A DNA stretch of 62,400 bases from a bacterium (GTDB lineage: Bacteria; Patescibacteriota; Patescibacteriia; UBA9570): contig JAUYKW010000005.1 in the NCBI GenBank assembly GCA_030698395.1, forward strand, positions 1 to 62,400, given 5' to 3'. The notes under the pieces are model-generated. The model made no database searches. It worked only from the letters and a program-made list of their open reading frames with translations, and was not told the origin of the DNA. The position numbers and the translations under genes were made by a program. Shown here one piece after another: positions 53,310 through 62,160 of the stretch (positions are counted from its first letter, which is position 1; each line of letters begins with the position of its first letter).

Positions 53310-55019
53310 ATGCCACCAATTTTCTACGAAATTATTGCAGAATACGGCAATAACCCTTTCCAGGCGATGTGGTTTTTATTTTCGCATGGTTTAGGCCTGA
53401 TTACTATTGTGCCAATTATGATTTGGTATGGTTGGGCAGGTTGGAGGCAATATACATTTGAACGTACTAAGCAGAGAAGAAATCATTTGATGTTTAAAAT
53501 TGATGTTCCACAGTTGAACGAACAAAGCATGAAAGCAGTGGAGCAAATCTTCGTTCATATATACGGTGGTGCACTAGATTCGCCAAATAATTTAGTAGAA
53601 ACATATTGGGATGGATTTTGGCAGGATAATTTTTCTTTTGAAATTGTGAGTAAAGGCGGGTATATATCATTTTATGTACGAGCGCCTGATTATCATAAAG
53701 ATTTAGTACAAGCTGCATTTTATGCTCAATATCCAGATGCAATTCTAACTGAGGTAGAGGATTATACAGAAGAAATGACCGTTGATATGATTATGGAGGG
53801 TAAAGTAAAAGTATGGGGCTCTGAGTTTCTTTTAGAAAGGGATGATACAATGCCGATTAGATCATGGCCACAATGGGAACATAGCTTGGTGGGTAGAGCG
53901 GTAGATCCTTTGGCGTCAGTTTTAGAAGTAATGAGTAGACTAGATCCTGGTGAAGAATGGTGGTTTCAGATATTAGCTCAACCGGCTGATTTGCCATCGT
54001 TTAAGCTTAGGGTACAGGCTGAAATTGATAAAGTAGTAGAGGCAGAGGGATTTAATTCTGGAGGAAAAGATTGGGTTGATAAGATAATTCAATTGCCACT
54101 TTCACTTTTAGAAACAATTCATGACTCTGTAGTGTCTGGAGAATGGTCTGATGCAGATAGTTCTAAACCAGTAACTGTAGAACAAAGAAAGAGACTCACA
54201 ACGCCAGAACGTGTATTTGTTGAGGAGTTAGATAATAAAAGGTCCCGTTGGGTATTTAAGAGCAAAATTAGATTTATGTATTTTGCTGAACCAAAAATTT
54301 ATAGTGAAGCAAAGGGTAGACGTGGTTTATTAGGGGCTTTGGCTCTGTATCGATTTATTAATACTTTTGTTGAGGGCATGATAACTAGAGTTGCAAAAAA
54401 TGCTCTTAAAATGAGATGGTTTTTTCCGGATTTAAGGGTACGTTGGCGGGCTCGGAGAATGTTTTGGGCGTATCGTTCTCGAGATATGCAACGTGGTGAA
54501 CATGATGGATTTATTTTAAATACTGAAGAATTAGCGAGTCTTTTTCATTTTCCGCAAATCGAAGTTCGTGCGCCTTATGTTTCTAAATCTTCTAGCCGTG
54601 GCGTGGAACCACCAACTCAGTTAGATTTTGATGATAGGCGATATGTTGATGAAGATAGAGTAATTCCAACAGTATCTGTAGAATCTGGTCAACAACAAAT
54701 ACAAAGTGATATTCCTGTTGCCAATATTGTTCCAGAACAACCATTACCTGGATATCCAGAACAACCACTAGCACAACAGCAGGTGTATTCCGGGCAACAG
54801 CCACAAACGGTTCAACAACAACCTCCTGTGCAATATCAGCAACCTTTAGATCAGCAAACATTGTCACATGCACAACAATCACCGGCTTATCCTTCAACTT
54901 CATATTCACAGCAACAACCAACAATGCAACAGCCTGCACCAAACTCAGCTGTGTCCGTGGAATTAGATGATGATATTTCAGATAAGGGAGCACCTCCCAG
55001 TAATTTACCAGTAGTATAA
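53310..55019 (+). CDS. Membrane-anchored protein of unknown function with a Q/P-rich tail (putative partner of the downstream ATPase)
   Basis: 569 aa. N-terminal TM segment (WFLFSHGLGLITIVPIMIWYGWAGW), a large soluble domain, then about 110 aa of Q/P-rich low complexity. 2-nt gap to the ATPase gene. Confidence 0.6.
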   Translation: MPPIFYEIIAEYGNNPFQAMWFLFSHGLGLITIVPIMIWYGWAGWRQYTFERTKQRRNHLMFKIDVPQLNEQSMKAVEQIFVHIYGGALDSPNNLVETYWDGFWQDNFSFEIVSKGGYISFYVRAPDYHKDLVQAAFYAQYPDAILTEVEDYTEEMTVDMIMEGKVKVWGSEFLLERDDTMPIRSWPQWEHSLVGRAVDPLASVLEVMSRLDPGEEWWFQILAQPADLPSFKLRVQAEIDKVVEAEGFNSGGKDWVDKIIQLPLSLLETIHDSVVSGEWSDADSSKPVTVEQRKRLTTPERVFVEELDNKRSRWVFKSKIRFMYFAEPKIYSEAKGRRGLLGALALYRFINTFVEGMITRVAKNALKMRWFFPDLRVRWRARRMFWAYRSRDMQRGEHDGFILNTEELASLFHFPQIEVRAPYVSKSSSRGVEPPTQLDFDDRRYVDEDRVIPTVSVESGQQQIQSDIPVANIVPEQPLPGYPEQPLAQQQVYSGQQPQTVQQQPPVQYQQPLDQQTLSHAQQSPAYPSTSYSQQQPTMQQPAPNSAVSVELDDDISDKGAPPSNLPVV

Positions 55020-55021
55020 AT

Positions 55022-57514
55022 ATGGCAAACGAAAAAAAAGATATCACAGTATTTGCAGAAACAAATTTCCGTAATATGCGTCGTAAATTTGGTATTAAAC
55101 CAGATGATCGTAGACGTCATATGTATGTGGTAGGTAAAACGGGTATGGGAAAATCTACTTTATTGGAGAACATGATTATCGATGATATCCGAAAAGGTAG
55201 AGGAGTTGCAGTTGTAGATCCGCATGGTGATTTAGCTGAACAAATTTTAGCCTTTATTCCAAAGACAAGAATCAATGATGTAATTTATTTCAATCCAGCT
55301 GATACACAATATCCGGTAGCATTTAATATTTTAGAAAGTGTCGGTGATGATTATAAACATTTAGTTGCATACGGATTGGTTGGAGTTTTTAAGAAGATCT
55401 GGGCAGACTCTTGGGGTCCTAGAATGGAATATATTCTTACAAATACTATATTAGTGTTGTTAGATTATCCAGGTAGTACATTGTTAGGAGTTATGCGGGT
55501 GTTGGTAGACAAGTCTTATCGAAAAAAGGTTGTGGCTAAAGTAACAGATCCAGTCGTAAAAACATTTTGGGCAGACGAATTTTCAAATTATTCTGAAAAA
55601 TTTAGAACAGAAGCTATTGCGCCTATTCAGAATAAAGTTGGTCAATTTTTATCGTCATCTATTATTAGAAATATTGTTGGACAATCCAAGAGTACAATTG
55701 AGATGCGACAAATTATGGATGAGCAGAAGATTTTAATTATGAATCTTTCGAAAGGTAGAGTTGGTGAAGAAAACTCAGCTTTATTAGGCGCTATGATGAT
55801 TACTAAACTTCAGATTGCAGCCATGAGTAGAGTTGATATACCAGAAAAGGATCGAATTGATTTTTATTTATATGTTGATGAATTTCAGAACTTTGCTACA
55901 GATAGTTTTGCTGGCATATTATCAGAAGCTAGAAAATATCGTTTGAATTTAATAATGGCCCACCAATATATTGAACAGCTTGGTGATGAAGTAAAGTACG
56001 CTGTGTTTGGAAATGTGGGTACTATGCTTATATTTCGTATAGGTGCAAATGATGCGTTGGAGATAGAGCCAGAATTTGGTCCTCAATTTGTGGCGCAAGA
56101 CATTGTAAATTTAAATAAATATAATTTTATTATTCGTTTAATGATTGATGGAATTGCTACTGAACCTTTTTCTGCGATTGGCTTACCCCCGGTTTCCAGT
56201 GAAGAAGCGAGTAGCGCAGATAAAGTTATTAAAGTGTCTCGTGAGCGTTATGCACGCCCCCAGGAGATTGTAGAGGATAGAATTATTCGATGGAGTGGTG
56301 TTGAGATAATCAAAAAGCCTGTGGAAGAAAAGAAGGATTCTGAACCTGATGCAGATGATCAAGATCAAGATGAGATGGATGATGATCTTTCTTCTTTTGT
56401 GGATCAAACAACCGAACGGCCACTAGAAACAGAACAGGATGAATCAGTTTTTGATGCACCAGTTAATACAGCTGGAATGATTCCGGATTTGCCAACGGCG
56501 GAGGAAATAGCATCAAGTTCTATAGCTACATCTCAAAATAATGGATCTGAAATAATAACTGAATCAGTTGAAATGGAACAGCCGCAGGGTGTAAATATTG
56601 GTTCTCCTGATACACCATTATTTGCACCGGCTAATTTTATACCAGGCGAGGATGAATTTATTCCAGCAACAATTCCAGATGAACCTAAAGAGGTTATTCA
56701 GGAAGTTTCTATTAAGAAAGCAGAGGTACAAATAGTTCCAGACGCTATGAAAGTAGAAGATAAGCCGGTGCAGGAAGTAGTTGTTGATTTAGAAGAAGAT
56801 GTAGATGGAGTGTTGAGTGATAAGAAAAAAATTAATTTTATACAAACTGATTTATCAGACAAAGATGAGTCAGCAGTTGATTCAAATAAGCCTGTAGTAT
56901 CATTATTTGATCTTAGACACGGCAATGCTCCAACTGTTAATTTTTCAGGTGGATCAGTAAAAGATTCTAAAGCAAAGAATCGTGATAACAAACAGGATGA
57001 ACAAAAAAATAGAGATACAACTGAGCAAAGTAAATCAGGACAGGATAAACGTGTTGATAATACAGTGCATAAGGAAGAAACAGAGAGAAAGAATGATAGA
57101 CAAAAAGAAGTTAGAGAAGATATAAAAATAAATAATCAAGAAAAACCTAATCAGCAAAGCAATGTAGCTAGTCAGGATCAAAGAAATGGTAGTGAATCTT
57201 CATCTGTGGAGCAATTACAACCAAAGAAGAAAAGAAAGCGGAATCGAAAGCGGAATCGGAATAGGGAATCAGAGTCAATACAGGAACCAAGACAGCAAAA
57301 TAATAGAGATCAGAAATCTTCTGAAGATCCGAAGCCTATAAATCAGTCGCAACAGCAAGCTGGAGATCGTCAGCCTTCACAGTCACAGCACTCTCAGGGT
57401 TCTCAATTAGTTCCAGAGAATAAACAAGAAAAGAAGCATGAAGATAATCAATCAGATAAATCATCTGATGATGGAGATGCTACTACAAAAATTTCATTAG
57501 ACGATTTTATTTAA
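55022..57514 (+). CDS. TraD/VirD4/FtsK-HerA-superfamily P-loop ATPase lacking TM helices, with a ~400-aa disordered tail
   Basis: 830 aa. Walker A GKTGMGKST (nt 55133-55159), Walker B FYLYVDEFQNF, ARKYRLNLIMAHQY (coupling-protein-like). The tail runs acidic, then S/T/P-rich, then K/R/Q/N-rich (KKKRKRNRKRNRNR). Confidence 0.75.
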   Translation: MANEKKDITVFAETNFRNMRRKFGIKPDDRRRHMYVVGKTGMGKSTLLENMIIDDIRKGRGVAVVDPHGDLAEQILAFIPKTRINDVIYFNPADTQYPVAFNILESVGDDYKHLVAYGLVGVFKKIWADSWGPRMEYILTNTILVLLDYPGSTLLGVMRVLVDKSYRKKVVAKVTDPVVKTFWADEFSNYSEKFRTEAIAPIQNKVGQFLSSSIIRNIVGQSKSTIEMRQIMDEQKILIMNLSKGRVGEENSALLGAMMITKLQIAAMSRVDIPEKDRIDFYLYVDEFQNFATDSFAGILSEARKYRLNLIMAHQYIEQLGDEVKYAVFGNVGTMLIFRIGANDALEIEPEFGPQFVAQDIVNLNKYNFIIRLMIDGIATEPFSAIGLPPVSSEEASSADKVIKVSRERYARPQEIVEDRIIRWSGVEIIKKPVEEKKDSEPDADDQDQDEMDDDLSSFVDQTTERPLETEQDESVFDAPVNTAGMIPDLPTAEEIASSSIATSQNNGSEIITESVEMEQPQGVNIGSPDTPLFAPANFIPGEDEFIPATIPDEPKEVIQEVSIKKAEVQIVPDAMKVEDKPVQEVVVDLEEDVDGVLSDKKKINFIQTDLSDKDESAVDSNKPVVSLFDLRHGNAPTVNFSGGSVKDSKAKNRDNKQDEQKNRDTTEQSKSGQDKRVDNTVHKEETERKNDRQKEVREDIKINNQEKPNQQSNVASQDQRNGSESSSVEQLQPKKKRKRNRKRNRNRESESIQEPRQQNNRDQKSSEDPKPINQSQQQAGDRQPSQSQHSQGSQLVPENKQEKKHEDNQSDKSSDDGDATTKISLDDFI

Positions 57515-57522
57515 ATATATAG

Positions 57523-59193
57523 ATGGATAATCAAATAGATTCGAACGTTTGTGCTTTGTGTGGGGGATTATTTGGAATAACTGTTCAAGAGAAAGAGCTA
57601 TTATTTAAATTTGGAGTGCCCAATCCAAAACTTTGTTCTAATTGTAGATTGCAGAGACGTTATGCGATGCGAAACGAGCGAGTTTTTTATAATAGAAAAT
57701 GTGATCTTACAGATCAACCAATTGTATCGATTTTTCACGAGGAAAGTCCCTATACCGTCTATAGTCAGGATGCTTGGTGGTCTGATGACTGGGATCAATT
57801 TAAATTTGGAAAGGACTATGATTTAACTCGTCCTTTTTTTGAACAATTAAAGGAGCTGCAATTACAGCAACCTCGAATTGCCTTGTTAGCAAAAGATAGT
57901 GATAACTCTGAATATACAAATCATTCTGCTCATAATAAAGATTGCTATATTGGATTTTCTTTAGTCAATTGTGAAAAAGTGTTATATGGATACTTTTGTT
58001 TTGATGTTAGCTATTTAGTTGATTGTACGAATATGTTTAATAAATCTGAACTTTGTTATGAATGCTTTAATTGTCATCAATGCTATGGATGTGTGTATAC
58101 AGTTGAAAGTCGAGGTTGTACTAATGTATGGTTTTCATATGATATGAGTGGATGCGAAGACTGTTTCTTGAGTTGGAATTTGCGGAATGCAAAGTATTGT
58201 TACATGAATGAACAACTAACCAAAGAAGAATATGAAAAGAAGGTTGCAGAATTTAAAGTTTTATCTGATTCAGATAGACGTAAGTTAATAGAGCAATGGC
58301 GAGATAATATTAAAAATAAAGCAATTCATCAATCTAGTCGTTTTATTAATACAGAAAATTCTACTGGAGATTATCTAGCAAATTGTACAAATGTAAATAA
58401 TGGCTTTGTGGTAACGAATGGTGAGAATAGTGCTAATTTATTATATTGCGTAGATGTTAAAGATGTGATGGATTGTTGTAATACAGCTCCGGCTGAATTT
58501 TGCTATGAAATGACTGGTACTATAAATAATAATCATTCTAAATTTATTAATTATTCATATGACAACGATTTTATTGAGTACTGTGATCATGTGTTTAATT
58601 CTCAATATCTATTTGGTTGTGTATGCTTAAACAAACAAAAATATTGTATTTTAAATAAGCAGTATACAGAATCTGAATATGAAAGATTAAAAGTACAGAT
58701 TATTGCACAAATGAAAAAAGATGATGAGTATGGTGAGTTTTTTCCTTTTTCTTATTCTCCTTTTGCATATAATGAAACATTAGCTAATGATTTATTTCCT
58801 CTTACCCCAGAGCATGCAGAAACACTAGGTGCTAGATGGCTAGATGAGCGAAAAGAGGGTGTTAATCGTAATGCCGTAATAGATGCGAACGATCTTCCAG
58901 AAATGATTACGGAAGTGGATAATTCAATTCTTGAAAAAACAATTATTTGTGAAGATTCTGGAAAACCATTTCAGATTAAATCACAAGAGTTGGAAATATA
59001 TAGAAAATTAGGAGTACCTTTACCACGTAAACACCCTGAAGTTAGGTATCAGGATAGATTAACATTGCGTACCCCATTAGAATTACACGATAGGGAATGT
59101 AGTAAGTGTGGGATAAGTCTTATATCCACCTATAGTTCAACAAGACCAGAAACAGTTTATTGCGATAAATGTTATAAAGAAGTAATATATTAA
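57523..59193 (+). CDS. Cys-rich multi-zinc-ribbon protein, paralog A (unknown family)
   Basis: 556 aa with 32 Cys (hand count). N- and C-terminal CxxC...P.P..C..CR...R...C..C modules and a duplicated central array of Cys-containing ~20-aa repeats. Confidence 0.7.
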   Translation: MDNQIDSNVCALCGGLFGITVQEKELLFKFGVPNPKLCSNCRLQRRYAMRNERVFYNRKCDLTDQPIVSIFHEESPYTVYSQDAWWSDDWDQFKFGKDYDLTRPFFEQLKELQLQQPRIALLAKDSDNSEYTNHSAHNKDCYIGFSLVNCEKVLYGYFCFDVSYLVDCTNMFNKSELCYECFNCHQCYGCVYTVESRGCTNVWFSYDMSGCEDCFLSWNLRNAKYCYMNEQLTKEEYEKKVAEFKVLSDSDRRKLIEQWRDNIKNKAIHQSSRFINTENSTGDYLANCTNVNNGFVVTNGENSANLLYCVDVKDVMDCCNTAPAEFCYEMTGTINNNHSKFINYSYDNDFIEYCDHVFNSQYLFGCVCLNKQKYCILNKQYTESEYERLKVQIIAQMKKDDEYGEFFPFSYSPFAYNETLANDLFPLTPEHAETLGARWLDERKEGVNRNAVIDANDLPEMITEVDNSILEKTIICEDSGKPFQIKSQELEIYRKLGVPLPRKHPEVRYQDRLTLRTPLELHDRECSKCGISLISTYSSTRPETVYCDKCYKEVIY

Positions 59194-59195
59194 GT

Positions 59196-59618
59196 ATGAA
59201 GAAATTATTATTACTTACCTTAATATTTTTTACGGGATGTTCATTAGCTGGAACTGATCCAGCAACCTCTGTATTATATTCTGGTGACATTACTGGAGAC
59301 GATGTGTTAGAAATAGTTACAATAGTTGAAAGTGACGTTACTGTATCGGAAGAATTTAGTGAAACTTATCCATTTACTTTCAATGAACTGTATGTGGAGT
59401 CTGAGGATAGAACTTTATTAACAATTGATAGTAATGGGGTTACTGTAGAAAATGGAGATAGTGTAAGAGCTCAAGTATCAACCCAGGCTGGTTATGCTAT
59501 CCAATTAGGAGAAAAGGATTTTATGTATGTTGTTCAAATTGATGAATTTGGATCTCCAGTTAGTGAACCATTAACAATTAACTGGGATATTAGTACTGCC
59601 GGTTGGAAAATGAAATAG
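59196..59618 (+). CDS. Small lipoprotein
   Basis: 140 aa. MKKLLLLTLIFFTGC signal peptide with a lipobox-like FTGC. Confidence 0.65.
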   Translation: MKKLLLLTLIFFTGCSLAGTDPATSVLYSGDITGDDVLEIVTIVESDVTVSEEFSETYPFTFNELYVESEDRTLLTIDSNGVTVENGDSVRAQVSTQAGYAIQLGEKDFMYVVQIDEFGSPVSEPLTINWDISTAGWKMK

Positions 59619-59619
59619 C

Positions 59620-61260
59620 ATGGCTATAACATGTACCGATTGTGCTAAGGAATTTGTACTAGATGGGCAAGATAAGGAATTGTTGTCTAGACTTAATGTA
59701 CCTAATCCGACCAAATGCCCAGTTTGCAGACTACAAAGAAGATTAGCATATTGGACGTTTGGCAAATTTCGTCAGCGTCAGGATGATATTACTGGAAAAA
59801 TGATTATTTCTGTATTTGGATCAGATGTAAGATTTCCAGTTACTGATAGAAGTAATTGGCATTCTGACAATTGGGTTGCACCCAGCATGGAGATCGATTT
59901 TAGTCGGTCTTTTTTTGAGCAATTAAAAGAGTTGCAAGAACAGACACCGCATTTTCATATGTTGGGAGATGATAAAAATGTAAACTGTGATTATTCGGAT
60001 GATGTATGGAGTTGTAAGGATTGTTACCATTGTCGATCTATGTACAAGGTAGAAAATTCGCATTTTATTTATAGAGTAATTGAAGCTAGAGATTGTTTGG
60101 ATTGTACTTATTCTTATAATCTTGAAAATTGCTATGACAACACTTATTGTTTTAAAAATTATCAGTTATTTTATTCATTAGATTCGAGAGATTGTACCGA
60201 TAGTTATTTTTTGTATGATTGCAGAGGGGTGAAGAATTCTTTTATGTGTTGGAATTTACGAAATAAAGAATATTGCATTAGGAATAAACAATATTCTGCG
60301 GAAGAGTATAATAAAGAAATTCAGAAGATTAAATTGAATTCTTGGCAGACTATTAAGGAGTTGAAAAATGAGTTTACAGAACATCTTCAAACTGATGCGA
60401 TTCATAGAGTAACTTACCAAAATAAATGTGAAGAATGTGAAGGTAATTATTTAAATAATTGTAAAAATATAACAAATGGTTTTTTTGTGGAGGATTCTGA
60501 GAATTGCCAAAATATTTTTAGATCTATAGAAAATAAAGATACTCTAGATGTTACCGGAGCATTAGCTGAAGAGTTGAGTTACGAAACAATCCAATCAGCT
60601 GAGTTATACAATGTGAAGTTTGCCGCGATGTCTATCAGATGCAGAGATTCTGAATACCTGGATCAGTGCATAGATTTGGATCAATGTTTTGGCTGTGTAG
60701 GATTAAAGAAAAAGAAATATTCAATATTAAATAAACAATATTCAGAGAATGATTATAAAAATTTGAAGGATAAGATAATTTCTAAGATGAAAGCGGATGG
60801 TGAGTATGGAGAATTTCTACCATACAACATGATGTATACGGGATATAACCAAAGTTTTGCCAACTATTATTTTCCACAAACAAGAGATAATATTTTAAAT
60901 AAAGGTGGTTATTGGGACGAGATAGAATCATCCGAAGAGGGGAGCAGATCAGCTGTTCAGCTTTCCGACATAGTAGAGAATTATGATGAAGTTGTGGGAA
61001 AAGTATTATCTTGTGAAGTTACGAAAAGAGATTTTAAAATTGTCCCTCAGGAAATTGAATTTTACAAGCAACATAAAATTCCGGTACCAAGGATTCATCC
61101 AGATGAACGCAATCTACAACGCTTCCGAATGATGCCAGGCATTAAGCCTTATGTCATTAAATGTAACGCGTGTAACGATGATCTTCTAACTTATTATCCA
61201 CCAGAGTGGGGATATAAAAAAATACTATGTGATACATGTTATATGGGTTGGATTTATTAA
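59620..61260 (+). CDS. Cys-rich multi-zinc-ribbon protein, paralog B
   Basis: 546 aa with 29 Cys (hand count). Colinear with paralog A (shared FFEQLKELQ, WNLRN..YC..N.Q....EY, GEYGEF, terminal C..CY). Confidence 0.7.
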   Translation: MAITCTDCAKEFVLDGQDKELLSRLNVPNPTKCPVCRLQRRLAYWTFGKFRQRQDDITGKMIISVFGSDVRFPVTDRSNWHSDNWVAPSMEIDFSRSFFEQLKELQEQTPHFHMLGDDKNVNCDYSDDVWSCKDCYHCRSMYKVENSHFIYRVIEARDCLDCTYSYNLENCYDNTYCFKNYQLFYSLDSRDCTDSYFLYDCRGVKNSFMCWNLRNKEYCIRNKQYSAEEYNKEIQKIKLNSWQTIKELKNEFTEHLQTDAIHRVTYQNKCEECEGNYLNNCKNITNGFFVEDSENCQNIFRSIENKDTLDVTGALAEELSYETIQSAELYNVKFAAMSIRCRDSEYLDQCIDLDQCFGCVGLKKKKYSILNKQYSENDYKNLKDKIISKMKADGEYGEFLPYNMMYTGYNQSFANYYFPQTRDNILNKGGYWDEIESSEEGSRSAVQLSDIVENYDEVVGKVLSCEVTKRDFKIVPQEIEFYKQHKIPVPRIHPDERNLQRFRMMPGIKPYVIKCNACNDDLLTYYPPEWGYKKILCDTCYMGWIY

Positions 61261-61284
61261 TTAGTAGGTGATAAAGGTGTTAAA

Positions 61285-62013
61285 ATGACGGAACAATTCG
61301 AAAAATTTAAACCGGAAGATATTTTTATGATGCCAAAGCACGTAACAGATGTTTTGGTTAATGGCATAACACTTCCAGATGCTGAAGTTGTATACCAAGA
61401 TGATGATATCGTCGTGCAACGATTAGCAAGATTGTCTGATTATATTAGAGGTGTGGGAAATGTAAATTTGAATATTGATTTTCGATGTTCTACCCAAGAG
61501 TATCCGACAGAATTAGAGACTTTAGAATTTCGTTATGATTTGCCTAGCGAAGACGGTGAGCCGATTGCTGACTTGGGGTTCTACATGATGAATGAAGGTG
61601 AATATGATCTTGGACATCGTTATGTTTCCCCAGAGTATAGATATAGCGGGGGTAAGGCTAGCGGTATTGGTTCACAACTTTTTGCGCGAGCTGAATTAGC
61701 ATTTCAGGAATTGGCAAATCGTACACAAGAGTCGGTTGTGATTTATATAGATTTAGCACAATTGAGCGTGTTGAATTGGGCTTTAAAAAATGGTTTTGAA
61801 CCAGAAGAAGAAAGTACTGAATTGATGAAACAAATATTGGAACATCCTGAAGATTTTGATTTGGAAGATATTGTAGATAAAGTAGACGGAGTTACTAAAG
61901 AGCAGTTTATATTTAGAAAAGACACTAGGAAGAGAGATCGTCATACTGCAGAACGAGTTTTGCTATCAAAGACTATTCAACCAGAAGAAAATTCACAAGC
62001 TTTGCTTGAATAG
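61285..62013 (+). CDS. GNAT-like acetyltransferase-fold protein (tentative)
   Basis: 242 aa. HRYVSPEYRYSGGKASGIGSQLFARAELAFQEL resembles GNAT motif A (acetyl-CoA P-loop-like xxGxG). Otherwise unrecognised. Confidence 0.4.
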   Translation: MTEQFEKFKPEDIFMMPKHVTDVLVNGITLPDAEVVYQDDDIVVQRLARLSDYIRGVGNVNLNIDFRCSTQEYPTELETLEFRYDLPSEDGEPIADLGFYMMNEGEYDLGHRYVSPEYRYSGGKASGIGSQLFARAELAFQELANRTQESVVIYIDLAQLSVLNWALKNGFEPEEESTELMKQILEHPEDFDLEDIVDKVDGVTKEQFIFRKDTRKRDRHTAERVLLSKTIQPEENSQALLE

Positions 62014-62125
62014 GTGTAAGTTATATTTTGATTTTTATGGTATAGATGCAGTTTACATCTCAAGCTTATTTTATAGCTAGTATTAGCCAAGAAATCAGCA
62101 TCAGGCGAAATAAATCAAAAACCAT

Positions 62126-62154
62126 TTGACTACGTTTAACTCTAAGGATAAGCT
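62126..62154 (+). promoter_or_regulatory. Promoter TTGACT-17-TAAGCT, 6 nt upstream of the ATG at 62161
   Basis: ttgact at 62126-62131, taagct at 62149-62154. Confidence 0.4.
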
Positions 62155-62160
62155 TTTATC

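Noticed and set aside
53310-57514. Integrated conjugative element or type IV secretion system.
   Set aside because: Only a coupling-protein-like ATPase is present. The region has no relaxase, VirB4/VirB11, pilin, integrase, att-like repeats or compositional shift, and it sits in a housekeeping context after secDF.
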